NCBI GenBank assembly: GCA_964187785.1
Contig: OZ076409.1
Location: 57,662,001 to 57,726,000 of the forward strand
Origin: Amphiscolops sp. MND2022
Taxonomy: Eukaryota
Length of the DNA stretch: 64,000 bases
Reading direction: 5' to 3'
Shown: positions 26,357 to 39,378 of the stretch, piece by piece
Position numbering within the stretch: the first letter of the stretch is position 1
Layout: each line of letters begins with the position of its first letter
Notes under the pieces: model-generated
Told to the model about the DNA's origin: nothing
What the model saw: the letters and a program-made list of their open reading frames with translations, nothing else
Databases searched by the model: none
Made by a program: the position numbers and the translations under genes

Positions 26357-28643
26357 GGAGCAATGGAGAATTGAGTCCCAAATGCAAAAAGCGACAATTG
26401 AGTCCCAAAACAAATCGAGTCCCAAAATAAATTAAATTTAGGGGGTCGACATTTGAGTCCCGCGACAATTAAGTCCCAAATAATTCGAATATTTCAGAAT
26501 AAAGTTTCGTGCTAATTCTAGCATAAGTAGGAAGCCATTTCTATAATCTACTGACCAATATACTTCATTTCATTTCATAATAAACAACAGCGAACAATTA
26601 AGTAATAATCACCTTTACTAACTCCAAAATGGCAGGTACAATTTATTTTGGCCATTATACCATACCTGAACCTTACTATCCTTACTATGAGTCGTATTTT
26701 ATTATCCTCAATAACATGAATTTCGAGGCGTCCAAAACTGAGCGCGGATTTGATGCAATTCATCAAAACAGATATATGTATCGAAAACAAAGAGATTTGA
26801 AGAAAAACGGATTTGCCTTCATGCCAACTCGAAAAAATGCAAAGGGAGAGGAACACTTATTGAAACTTTTTTCACTTTAACATTTAACCACACACACTTT
26901 CCGGGTCCTGATGAATGTGTGAAAAGAGATTTCGCGTCATCGAGTAAAGAGAAAGCCAAAGACACGTCAGAAAAACTCGGAAAAATAATTCTGGAGACTC
27001 AGGAGAGTTTGCCCCATTTTCAGCTCCAATTCCGGCGGATTACAAACCAATGCAATGATCTGTCCAAAGGGTCCGGAAACATTTGGCCTCCTCGACTATG
27101 GAAAATGAAATGTCACTAAAAAGTTTCCTTCTATTATCCGAGCTCAAAGTGACGAACACTGGCAAAGATTTTGGATTCTATGTTTCTGGAATCGGAGACG
27201 AAAACAGAAATTTGATTTTCGCTACTTCTTCTGGAATAGAGGTATTGAGCAATTCAGGCCATGGTTCTGCGATAGTTTATTTTCCTCTTGTCCGGAAATT
27301 TTCTCTCAATTGTATACAATTCATGCCATGTTCCAAAAATCATCAATTTGTTTACTTAACGCCTTTTTACCGGACAAAAGTAAATCAACTTATAAACGGC
27401 TCTTTGAAAACTTAGAACCAATTTTGCGGAAAAAAATTACGATCAATTTCAAAAGTGCAGTCAAGAACGCCTTTAGAAAGCTGAGAAGAAATATCCAAAT
27501 TAGTTATTGTTATTTTCATCTGACGAAATCGATATTCAGGAAAATTCAGAAAGTAGGTCTGGAACCATTGTACATGAATGATCTACAATTTCGGCAGCAT
27601 GTTAGAATGATAAGAGCGCTAGCTTTTATTCCGGAACTGAAAAAGATGTTATTCTGGCCTTCAATTGCATTATAGAAAAGCCGGACTTGCACTCGAGTTT
27701 GAAAAGCGTTCTGGTGTACTTCGAAGAAAACTACATTGGAGAACCAATGAAACAAAAAAATGCGCGGTCGCTGCCACAATTTTCTATTGAAATTTCGAAC
27801 AAATTTGAAAACACGATTGAAGGCTTAGCGAGGACCAACAACCATGTTGAAGGATGGAATGGACGCTTCAACACAATTGTCAATGCGAAATACCCGATGC
27901 TTTTAACAATTATTGGAACAATAGACGCTGAAAACCACAACGCCGGATTTGTGGTCGGGCGAATACTAGCCAACTGTCCCCCAACCCAATTTTCAAATAC
28001 AAAAATATTCGATTTTGTAAACATCTTTTCAAATTGTGCAGTGGGTAAGATGGTAAAATCATTTTGATTTATTACGTGCTTGCACGTATCATATTTTGTC
28101 CTCATTTACTTTTCAATTGTTTCTATTTCCTGAGTTAGGTGGTTGCGTCCTCCCACACCTAGGCTATAGAATTGTGACGCCGTAACTGCCTTATGTATCT
28201 ACCTGAATAACAACTTTGCTCCAGAGTAGAATCGGCGGAACAGAGGAACAGAGACTTTTTTAGGAAGTCACAATGTACGGCTAGCCATAGGAACTAGAAA
28301 GAATTGAAAATTTTGCAATCACTAAACATCAATTTTCTAAAATTAATGGTCAATTTTTCATTATCTGAACAACTTTTAATCCGCACGTGTCGATAATTAC
28401 TATTGAAATAAAAGTGATGTGAGCTAATTGTTAAACTTCAATCATAAATGGTTTTCAATATTAAACCAAACATTTTATTTGGGACTCAATTTATCTGCAT
28501 TTGGTAAATTCATCAAAGTAATTTATTTGGGACTTAATTGTCGCGGTACTCAATTGACCCTTTTTGCATTTAGGACTCAATTTGTATTGGGACTCAATTT
28601 GTATTGAGACTCAATTTGTTCTGGGACTCAATCGTTGCCTCAC
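26357..28643 (+). mobile_element. Decayed Mutator-like (MULE) DNA transposon
   Basis: TIRs built of attgagtcccaa / ttgggactcaat repeats; TSD CCCTTTGGA at 26348-26356 and 28644-28652; transposase fragments IFAT, QLYTIHA, YKRLF, CYFHLTKSI, YFEENYIG, RTNNHVEGWN across frameshifts. Inserted inside a family-A repeat. Confidence 0.88.
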
Positions 28644-29868
28644 CCCTTTGGAGACATTAAAACTTTTTCGAAAAAGTCTCACAGTACCAAAGAAAATGAA
28701 AGGGGGACCGTTTAGTTTCGTCCGGTTTTGTATGTTACGTTGAAAATGGAATAAATGAAAAGGGGGACCCTTTGCACTATTTTAGATACGTTTCCGCTTG
28801 CCGGTCCAGTAATTCAGTTTCTGTAAAAAGTGTCCACTACGCATACATTCTGTTATCTGACAAAAACGAAAAAGCTTGCCACTGTAACATTTTTTAAACG
28901 ACTATGACCAGACTGCAATGATTCACACTCTAGTCAAACAAGCACATTTGGAGAGTTGCAAAACGTAACTTTTACTGTCAAACTCAACAGATATTGTGCA
29001 AAAGTTTAGTGATTTTTAAGCATTTCATGCAAATTTTTGCAAGATGTCTTGCAAGAATAATGTATTGCGTTGCAATATCTTGCAAGACACGCTTGTAAAA
29101 TCTTGCATGAAATCTTGCATGAACCTCGGGTGGATTTGATCTCTGGCTGTTGACAAGCTATCGGAACAAATTGCTTGACAAATTGTTGCCTGAAAACATG
29201 TGTCACCACACCACAGTGAAGGCGCATTGGTAATTATGGTTGGGAACAAGCTCAACGTTTTGATTTGTTCATCCGTGATAGTTCTACAGGTAGGAAACAG
29301 AAAAGGAAGTAGGAATTTTTTATAGAAAACATTGGACCATGTGTCTTATTCAAACCCCCAAGCGGCCGCAGGGGGAAATAAGATACCAGGTTCAAATACC
29401 ACATATCGACATCGTTTGCGTTGAAATTTTAGTCGAAAAAATAATTGATGTCGACATAATCGTATCCATTACATTGATTGTCAGGTAAAAGTTGCTCATC
29501 AGATTTTTATCACGGAGAAAATTTGAGGTAAAATAGGGGCTTCTACGATTTTAGCTTCTTCCAAGAGTGAATTTCTGCTATTTTTGACGATATAATCAAA
29601 CAATTAAGGGTAAGCTTTTTGCCTGAAGTGTCAAAACAGCTGCAGAGAAAATCTCGAAGTTTTTACTTTCTTATAATATTCCCTAATTAGTGAATTTTTA
29701 TTCAAGAAAAAATGCTTTCGTGTTGGTGGGATTAGTAACAAGGTGTACCTCAGGGGCTGATGGGGGGTGGAAACCCTTAGTCGAACACTTGACATGGTCC
29801 GTGGATTGTCAAACTAATCAACCCTTTTGCTTCTTAAATTTTTCCAAATCAACACATTGCAGACCTTA

Positions 29869-30417
29869 CCCTAGTTGAAGCTGCAGGAACTTTTTACATG
29901 CTGCAGGCATGCATGCAGGGTAATTTTTTATAAAACCTAGAAAATTCAGAGAACTTCGGTTGGTAAATCATGTACAATTACACTGCATTTTCCACTATTG
30001 AAATTAAATCTGAAAATAAATCACACTAAATTACCGACACGATCACTTTGTATTCACACGTTGTTTTCTCAACTACTCATCTGATGTGATCACCGCTTCT
30101 CAAATAGCACGCTAGACATGACGCTAACTTACAGTTTATTATGCGACTGAAATTATTTTGCATTGATTTAGCGGTAAAATTGATAGCGTCTTATTTGCTT
30201 TCAAAATTATAACTGCTGCTTAATGAAACCTGCAAAACCCCAAGGCTTAAAATTGCCGCCAAAACTTTGATGAATCTTTTAAGCAGCTTAATAAACGTTA
30301 AATACAACAGGGACAAATTTTCGCATGAAAGTTTCAGTGAGAGTTTTAGAAAATCATAATAAAAGTTGCTGGCAACATTAAAGTACATGCAAAAAGTTCA
30401 AGCAGTTTCAACAAGGG
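29869..30417. mobile_element. CCC...GGG MITE, diverged copy, TA/TA flanks
   Basis: ta|ccctagttgaagctgcaggaactttttacatg ... catgcaaaaagttcaagcagtttcaacaaggg|ta; colinear with 59027-59575. Confidence 0.8.
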
Positions 30418-33166
30418 TATAAACGGATTTAATCGTTCTTGGAATCTGCACTCTATTGCTTGAAATCCCGAACTTTCTCCTATCTCTATCAACTAAGCGT
30501 TTGTTGTTCGTTTGTTTGTTTGTTTTTTTTTGTTTGTTTATTTTGACAGCTATATTTACTCTGGAGCACAGCCTAAAGGAGTGTTTCCAAAGAATGGAAC
30601 ATAAAACTGTCAACTTTGACGTCCATTATCTCGAATTCTATTGCGAATAGGCAATTTGGTTTCAGAAAAACATTTCCTAGATTTTGAATATAGTTTTCAA
30701 TTTCTAGTGGTTTGAAAACTCTGTGACTTCCATTGGGAAAGTCAGAGATGACCCCTCTTAACGGATACTACTGGAAAATGAAGACACATAGACTTTTGAT
30801 TGTACTATTGAACATTTTTTCTGATACGTTTTGTGCTCAAACGAAACAGGAAAATCTTAAAGCCGACCATTCGATTCAGTTTTGAAAATATTTTAGATTT
30901 AAATTTATTTTGCTGTTTTCTACCATAGTACTTGGCCTTACTAGTTTTAAGATAGTCAAAGAATTTCATTATCAATTCTATGCGCAACTTTTGCCAAACG
31001 TGATTTCAACAATACTTTGTTTCGGGACTTTCGGATGCATTCTGTCACTGTTTTTTCGTGAAATTTTGATGAAGTTTTTTTTACGAAAGTTCAAGTGGAA
31101 TGTGTTCAAGCTCATTGTGAAAGCGAAGCAAATACAGCTTGTAAGAATCTTTGACTGAGAAGTGTCTCGGAACTCTCTTCAGCTACAATCTTTCAAAACA
31201 TTTTTGTACATATCGGCTTGAAGTTACGCGGTGCCGGAAACCACTTTTGATGCAATCCAGAGCAGTTAAGCTACCTCAAAACAAACTTGTGTGGATTTAA
31301 CCACTTAAAATTCGAATTTCAGCGAACATTCATAGCTCTGAAATTCACAAGAGGTTCCAAATTGTAAGACTTTCCTCCGGTGGTTGAATTTTCAAACGAG
31401 GCAAACTATTTGCTACATTGGCTTCGGATGGTCCATCGTTGGCCATCTGTGGATTGTCATTGTGTGTTCGTCCGGATAATCAGTCACTTTTCAAAAAATT
31501 TTCAACTCGTTTCTCTCAGTTCTCCAAAATGAAGTGACAAAGCGAGAGTATCATGTCAATGTGAATCTTTTCCGCGCCAAAAATTTCCTCCTCTACTTTC
31601 AAAAAGCTGTCCTTGATTTTACTTTGAACTTGAGGTGAGGTTGGCTAGCGTGTGCATTATTGCAACAATTCTTTTGATAATGGCGACAAGCTGTTTAAGA
31701 TAGGAAAACATACAAAGGTTTACATGTGATGGATTTTCATACATGATTCATCTATATGATTCATTGATACATCATGCCGAGAGTCATTCTACGATCATGG
31801 AAAGATATCCCTGATTCATGGATGATCATAGATAAAAAGTCACGAAGACATGGATGATTATGGAAGGAAAGCCATGATGCCATGGATGATCATGGATGAA
31901 AATCTATGATGCCATGGATGATCATGAATGAAAAGCCATGAATTTAACCATGAAAAGGTCTTAACTTCTATTCATTTTGGTAATGGTGATGATCTTGATC
32001 ACCACAAAATAAGAAAGTTGATGAACTAAAAATTGAAAATCATATGTAATTTGGTACAAAATAATATAATATTTTTAATTTTTAGTTCATTTTTTTCAGT
32101 TTACAAATCTGTCCTTACGTTCTTTTTGAAATTTTCATACACTTTAGTTTTTGCGGTTTTTTCATATTTTCGCGGGATCCAATCTTTTACAAGATTTAGT
32201 TTCATTCTAACGCTCCATATTTGTTTTATATGTTCATAAACGCCGTGCTTTTGTCAGTTTGTTATGTAAAAATCACAGTCGACATTAATAAACATGATTC
32301 CTCATTTACGAATCTTTGAGCTAAAACCGCTTAATCTACCTTTTCTTTTACTATGCTCTGTATCCTTCTGATTTTGGTTTTTTAACTAAAACCAATATAT
32401 TCTCTTTGATTGATGCTATTTATTTGCTCAATTTGGTTCTCCGTTCTAGACATTTTCGATCAAGAGTCGTTCAAGGCACCGAAAAAGGAAGACATTTGTT
32501 TTGAGAATAAATAAGCAAAAAACTTTAAAGCAAGTTGCATGTTTTTATTTTCATTACCGTTTCATTTTTTTCCGCTTTTCCACTCTGTGTTTCGTCAATT
32601 TGAGGAGCTTCAAAAAGAAAAAACTTGAAAAAGAAAAAGTTTACATTCATAATAAATCGTATAATCACTGAACGCCAAACAGCTTTGTAGCAGTGAAGCA
32701 GACCAACGCTAAGCGATTGCTCTGAAAAATTATAAGTGTAAAATGCATCGAATATCCATTGACTCAGCATTCAAGAGTCAGTAGGCACAAATTCTACCCA
32801 AAATTTGAATCAAACTAAGATGCAAAAGAAAAGCTTACGCATGGCTTTCCCCCCAACTGAGTCGAAAATGGTAGAATAGCAAATATGATCAACTTTTAAC
32901 ATCTTCAGCTGCGAAGAAAGAAAAGAGACTTCGATACACTTCAAAAAACAGGTGAAAAGTGTTTGTTTTTTTTTCGACACCACTGACCTTGCTTCTGTTT
33001 GTGAAAAAAGTTTTGAACTATTTTTTGCGGAAAAAGACAATTTCGTAGAAATGATTCGACCAAATATGGTTTCGAATACGCCAGGTGGGCTGTTCTAAAG
33101 AAGATGTTCATCATAATAATCATGCACGCTTTTCGCTCGTGAAAAGTTATTTGTATCTATTTGATT

Positions 33167-33789
33167 AACAAACAGGGAACGGCATAAGTCGGCGCCAAAT
33201 CTAAGGCTCAAAAATAGCAAAAGAACATGAAAGTATCAAAGAACTCAAAGTATCAAACTCACAAAACGAGTTTCGAAACACTTCCAAAAACCCAAAGGAC
33301 CGAACTGGCGCGCCAGATGCCCGCTAGCGCGGGCCCCTGGCGCGCTAAATGGGGGGACCCTTTCCGATTTTTAAACATCCATTGTTGTAAAACATCAGAA
33401 AATTGAAGGGGAGACCCTTTTGGGGAAAAAATTCGGGAAATGTCTCACAATGCTGAAAAAAAAACTGAAAAGGGGGACTCTTTGGGATTTTCCCACATCC
33501 ATTTTGTCGTAAACTATCAAAAAACTGAAGAAAAGACCCTTTAGAGAAAAAAAGTTGCACAATGCCAAAAAAATACTGTAAGGGGGACCCTTTAGTCTCA
33601 CCCTTCTGGTATTGTATGTTACGCGGGAAAAAAGGAAAATCCTTTTTGGTTCAGTTCGCTAGGCCAAATGGTTCAATTTGGAACCATAATTTTTCGTAGA
33701 ACTTTTGTAGAACTATTTTGGTCTGTTCGTGTGGATTGAAAAAAAGTCACTATAATAGTCGCGATTGACTTCATGAAGCACAGACTAAA
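33167..33789 (-). mobile_element. Helentron-like family A copy
   Basis: Plus strand aacaaacagggaacggcataagtcggcgcc ... cactataatagtcgcg..aagcacagactaaa with the same internal subrepeats. Confidence 0.65.
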
Positions 33790-36410
33790 GACTACCAGCA
33801 TCCAATGCATTATGGGATTCCATGCATGAAAACATACGGTTTCAAACAAGACGCCCGCTAAGCACCGGGATATTTTCCTCCCGTTTCGCCTTCACCAACT
33901 GAGCCATTGCTATTTTGGAAAGCGGGAATAGGATCTAAAGAGTAAGATCTAAAATTAAGTGATTTTAGATCTTATTCCCTTTAGATCTCATTCCTGTTCT
34001 CAAACTTTAGATCTTATTCCCTTTAGATCTTATTCCCTTTTTTGACTTTAAATATTATTCCCCTTCTACGATTCTATTCCCCACTCTAGATGGAGACAGC
34101 ATTTGCATTCACTTAAGTGAGTGGAGCAATTGCAGCAAGTGAGCAAGTGGAGTAGTACAAAGTGGAGTTTTGGCAGAATTTGGAAAAAAACGCAACACAG
34201 ATCATAATTTTCCTCCCCCATTTTAAAATTTGGGGTCGGAAAATAACAATAAATACATGTCAATCCCAGTGAAGACATATGTTCGCATTGAACAACATGT
34301 ATCCCTACATGGAAACACAAAATGCATACAAAACGGGGTATTTTGAATTGCAATGATCTAAGAGCACAAAGATACCTCGCGGCTGGTTTATCGAAAGTTT
34401 AAGCCATTCACGATCTTTAAACCAGGAAGTGAAATCAGCATGAAATCTTTTTTTTCCGAATTGAGTGAATTATTATTTGCTGCCCATATTTCATATGGGA
34501 AAGGAGAATATTCAAATCAACCGCGTTTTTTTCTCCAAAATTTGCAATGTTCCAATTTTATACTCAACTGAAGGGTTTCACCCATAGAATACAACTGACA
34601 TAAATTTGGTTTCATGTGATATGTATGTATTTGTAGAGAGATTTTGGATTTTCTGGATGACTCCAAAAACGACCCCAGGATGACCCAAAGTTACACCAAA
34701 ATAGACAAAAATTCCAAAACTTTCAACATTTTTAGAATTTCTGTGGAAGTTTTGATAGACCTCGTGGATTAGAACGTTGAAAACGTTGAAGAATGAATAA
34801 ACACGTTGTCCAGCAAGCTTTTGTGATGAGATAAATACAATTTTTTTAAAAATAAGCTTCGAATTGACCACAAAAAAGTAAAAAAAAAATCAAAATTTTT
34901 CAGTTTATGTCGTTTTTCCATGCCATTTGTGTCCCGTGTTTGAATTTTTCATAGGTTAGAAGGTTCAAAACACTAGCAGTACGCGTTCAAAAGAAAAATT
35001 TGCAGTTTGTTTGCTATAAAAGTACCCTAGAAAGTCATAAAATTGATAAATATTCATTATTTTCAAGTTTTTGACCTTTTTTTGCATTTTTAAAAAATTG
35101 TTTGGCCATTTCGTTTGGTGAAAACAATGAACAATGACCGAATTCTGTATCCTGTAGGCATTTTGGAAGGATGTCTGTAGTTTCTTGTTCAAAGTCAGCG
35201 TCTTCGACCTTTTATGTGCTTTCACTCACCACACAGTTCAACATCAAAACAAGCAGTCACTCAGCTTTTGAATTGATGTTTCCTTACACAAGCGCGGAAC
35301 GTCTTAAGTTATCTCCCCGCCCAAGGTTAAAAAACAGTTTTTAAATCTGCAAATGTTTTCTTCGGGCAAAAGTCTCATAGTGCCAAAAAAAAGAGGTTTG
35401 AGCTCGCTAAACGCTTTTTCGTGACAAAAACATGTAAGAATTCTTTTTGACAAAATGAAAATTGTATCGATAACAGTGGCACAGCATCGAAGAAAACGTA
35501 TGTCTTTTCCACAATCATTGATAAAACTCATCAATTCCACAGGATCGCAAAACTTTTCGAAACAAGTCTCACGGTGCCCAAAAACACAAAAACACAAAAG
35601 ACAGCAAAACTTTCTGAGTTGTCTGTCTAGTAACGAAGTAAACAAACTCTAACCTTTGGGTACCATAGTTTTTGAAGCTTTTTTTCGCTACTAGAACATC
35701 ACATGAGGTTTGGCTTTACTGTTTTGTTTCGGCATTATGAGTCCTCTTAGGGTTATTTTGATTTTTTTTGCACCCAACTGGGTGACCAAAGGGTCCCCTC
35801 TTTTGCGTGAGACTTTTTGCGCATTTTTTTTTGATCCTGTGTAACTGATGAGTTTTTTCAATGATTGTGGAGAAGATGCACATTTTGTTTCGATACTATG
35901 GGACTTTTCAATACACTTTTCACTAGGTCAAAAGGCACCTTCTGCACTTTGATAAATGTTTTCGGCCTGAAAAAAGCGTTTGGCGAGCGTGAAGCTTCTT
36001 TTTCGGCACTATGAGAAATTTGCCCGAAGAAATTTTTTTTCGATATTTCAAGTTTTTCGATGTTTCAAGTTTTGGAAAAGCGGTATTCGAGTCTTCTGTG
36101 TATCCATTCTGGCATTTTTCAGGATTGTAAATTGGATGAACTTTTAACAAAAGTGTTTCCTGCTTATTTAAGAAATTTTGATCTTTTGGACAATGAGCGG
36201 GGCGCCTATTTGGGCCGCTCCTGGCTGGTTATAATGTAAGTATATACATTTATTTCGAACCAATATTATTTCACTTTTGACTGTTCGAGTCAATGATCAA
36301 CATTTGATCCAATTAAATATCACTTAACCACCTACCTCACGCAACGATGCTCCCAGGCTGAGAGTATGTTACGTAAGAGGTGAAATGACTATGTAATTAA
36401 TTACTCTCAC

Positions 36411-36513
36411 CTGTCAAGAGCGATGACGCAGAGATGAAGGATGCTGGCAGTGCAGCCCATGACATCCATGGTCCTCCAGATGTCGCACATGTAGTACCCG
36501 AAAACCCACTTCC
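36411..36513 (-). CDS. Aminergic GPCR, 103-nt exon encoding ECL1-TM3 (not in ORF track)
   Basis: ttgtttcAG acceptor and GTGAGA donor; translates (R)KWVFGYYMCDIWRTMDVMGCTASILHLCVIALD(R) with C3.25, W3.28, D3.32 and the DR of DRY; phase 1 in and phase 2 out match both neighbouring exons. Confidence 0.93.
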
Positions 36514-36973
36514 CTGAAACAAGACGACCGCTGAACACCGGGATGTTTTCCGCCCTGGACTACTTTAGCAACGAAATATTTGGAAAAGGATCGAGCCTAA
36601 CCAATAAACGTATGCCATTGACAAATAAGTCGAATTGTTGCTGAAAAATGATTCTTCGCTCGAAAAGCTTTCATTTTAAGGCTTTAATGAAAATATGCTT
36701 AGTAGCTTGATCTTTCGCTGTTAAACTCTGTGGATACTCAAAACTACTACAACAAAAATTGTACATCAATTGCATAAAATGCTCAAAAAATGATGAACAA
36801 ATTCTATACTTCTCTTTAAAAAAGTAAGTAAGGTAGCCAATTATTGAGTTTCGGCAGCCGACACAGCCGAATTCGAGAAAAACTTTTGTTGGCTTAAAAC
36901 TCTCAGATATGTTTTTCGAACGTGTGCTGGGTAGCTTATTGTTTTGTCGTTGAGCTCTGCGGTTTTTCGTACA

Positions 36974-37382
36974 GACGAACGCATTCAAAAACTGTTACGT
37001 TCCAAAATTGCATTCAAAATTTTGGCTTTTTAGCAATTATTGACCTCCTTGTTACACTTTTTGAGAGTACTTTTTCCAAAGCATTCGAAAATTGTAACAA
37101 GAACATTCTCTACCAACTTACGTTTGATGGAAGTTGAAGAAGAAGAAAAAAAAGAGGACGACGAATTATTTTGAAGTCAAAATAATTATTCTTCCTCTTC
37201 TTCTTCTTATGTTTCTTCTTCAACTACTACAAAAGTAAGTTGGTAGAGAATGTTTTTGTTGTTATTTTTGAATGCTTTGGAAAAAATACTTTCAAAAAGT
37301 GCAACAAGGAGATGAAAAACTGCTAAAAAGCCAAAATTTTGAATGCAATTTTGGAACAGAACAGTTTCTGAAAGCTTTCGTC
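36974..37382. repeat. About 410-bp imperfect palindrome (MITE-like)
   Basis: gttccaaaattgcattcaaaattttggctttttagca pairs with tgctaaaaagccaaaattttgaatgcaattttggaac; acattctctaccaacttac pairs with gtaagttggtagagaatgt; (GAA)/(TTC) runs near the centre. Confidence 0.8.
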
Positions 37383-38297
37383 ATTAATGCTTCGACATTT
37401 ATTTATTTCAATGCTTTGATAAAAAACATTACTCTGAGAAGTATTTACAAGACATTCAAAACGAGACTCAAAAGAGCTGTTCAGCCCGTTGAATTGTGAC
37501 CTTGACCAGTAGTAGAGGGACAGAGAAACAAGTGACTGTCTTAGAAAGCGCTCGTAGGAAAATCTATTCAGTAAAACATTTCAAATAAATCTTTATCATC
37601 AACGATGCAAAATGTGAGTGATACGTTTTGTATAAGTTCAAGTTCATTTTTCGAGAGACTGTCAAAACCATTGGGTATGAATTTCAGTGCTTTGAGCCAG
37701 TTGAAGTCTGTGTAACAGCCTTTTCATGTAGGTATTAAATTTGTTGGAACATAGAAAAATAGATTTGAAAACGAAACGTATTATGTAATTTTCTTTTACC
37801 ATGTAGAAAATATGAACAAAAATAAAACTTCCATTGCGCAATGGGGATTGGGTGAAAGGGTTGAAGAAAAGCAAAATATATCGACAAGTTTTTGCGCAAA
37901 TTTTTCATTAACGGTGTTCGATATGTTGGAGCAAATAAAAATATCTGGATAATATCAATTCAAAGTTTCTTGGTTTGTTCCACACCAATTTTGGCTAAAA
38001 AATCACACTCTGAAGTGCCCCCAAACGTCTTGAGTCAGAAGCGCCTGTTTCTAATCGCTTCGAGACAGTCAAATTTTTCATTCAATCTGTTCCAACGATT
38101 CTAAATTCCATTCCAAAATATGTTCCGAAAGAACCACAGGAAAACTATCAGTTCTAAAGAGAATATTTCATCAAAATACTAATAAGTAAAAGGGGAATCG
38201 ATTGCTCGAGGAGTTATTAAGAGCCGAATTCGCGAGAAAAATCGTTTTGTTTGGAACACTTGCAAAGTAGTACATGGAATTCATTGAAATCACGCAG

Positions 38298-39378
38298 CCC
38301 GGGTTGATCCTCTTACTAGCATCTTGGCTGTCTTGGCAAGATCTTGCCAAATTCTTACTACATCTTGGCAACCATGGATCCCATGGCAAGATTCTTATTA
38401 AGATCTTACTAAGATAATACTTATTCCAAGATCGTACCTTATCACGATGGACAAAATTGTTAGGTTATAAAAAAACACTATACCTTCGCTACAAGCAGCC
38501 GAGACTCAATCTAAAGGCTCATTTCACCCAACAACGACTATTTCTACTCGTTTCCTTAATCAAAATGCTTAAACCTGCTGAAAAAAATTTGCATGCAAAA
38601 ATGCGTGAAAAATTACGATAACGTAGTCTGGCTTCCAAAACTTTGACGAGAATCCTAATAACTGCTCACCTGTTTAGGACTGAGAAATGCGAATGTACCA
38701 AATGAAAGGTTATTTCAAGGGCTTTCCAAAACTTGTCATTTATCACTCCTGTCGATTCTAGAGGCGGAGAAATATGCTCTCAAACGTCCAGACCCACTAT
38801 CGGAAAGTTACAAAGGAAAGACCTTAAAATCCTGAAATTTTTGAAAAAATCATATTTCCAGCTTTCTTTGAGCCTGTTTCAGCAGCCTTATTACTGTTAG
38901 AAACGGCGGTCATTGCTCTAATTTGGGTAATGATTCAGCTCAAGGCTTTTCTGACGGCGTTGTTGGCGACAGTTTTGCAATTGAAAGAACAATATCGATA
39001 TCGAAATGGTTGTAAAAATCATTCACTAATTTTGTTTTGAGTGATGTCTAAATTATTTTTCCATAACTCTTAATTTAATGGTTTTCTGATTCTACTTTTT
39101 CTCGATATCGAGCAGTTCATAGCAATTTTTTTCTTGCCATATTCGCCTTCTTAGTTAGATTTTTCTTGCCATATTGGGCTTCTTAGTAAGATTTTTCTTG
39201 CCATATTGGGCTTCTTAGTAATATTTTTCTTGGAAACATGGCTCTCTTAATAAGATCTTACCATGGCATCTTGCAATTCTTAGCAATATCTTGTCACGAT
39301 CTTAGCTAAGATTTTTCCAAGATCTTGGCAAGATCTTGCCAAGATCTTACGAAGATATCCATGGAGGGTCGACCCGGG
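38298..39378. mobile_element. Non-autonomous CCC...GGG TIR element, 2-bp TSD AG
   Basis: TIR CCCGGGTTGATCCTC / GAGGGTCGACCCGGG, AG on both flanks, arrays of atcttggcaag-type subterminal repeats in both arms. Confidence 0.75.

Noticed and set aside
31730..31955. catggatgat-type degenerate repeats (similar at 5555-5657)
   Set aside because: Low-complexity array without definable termini; cannot be assigned.
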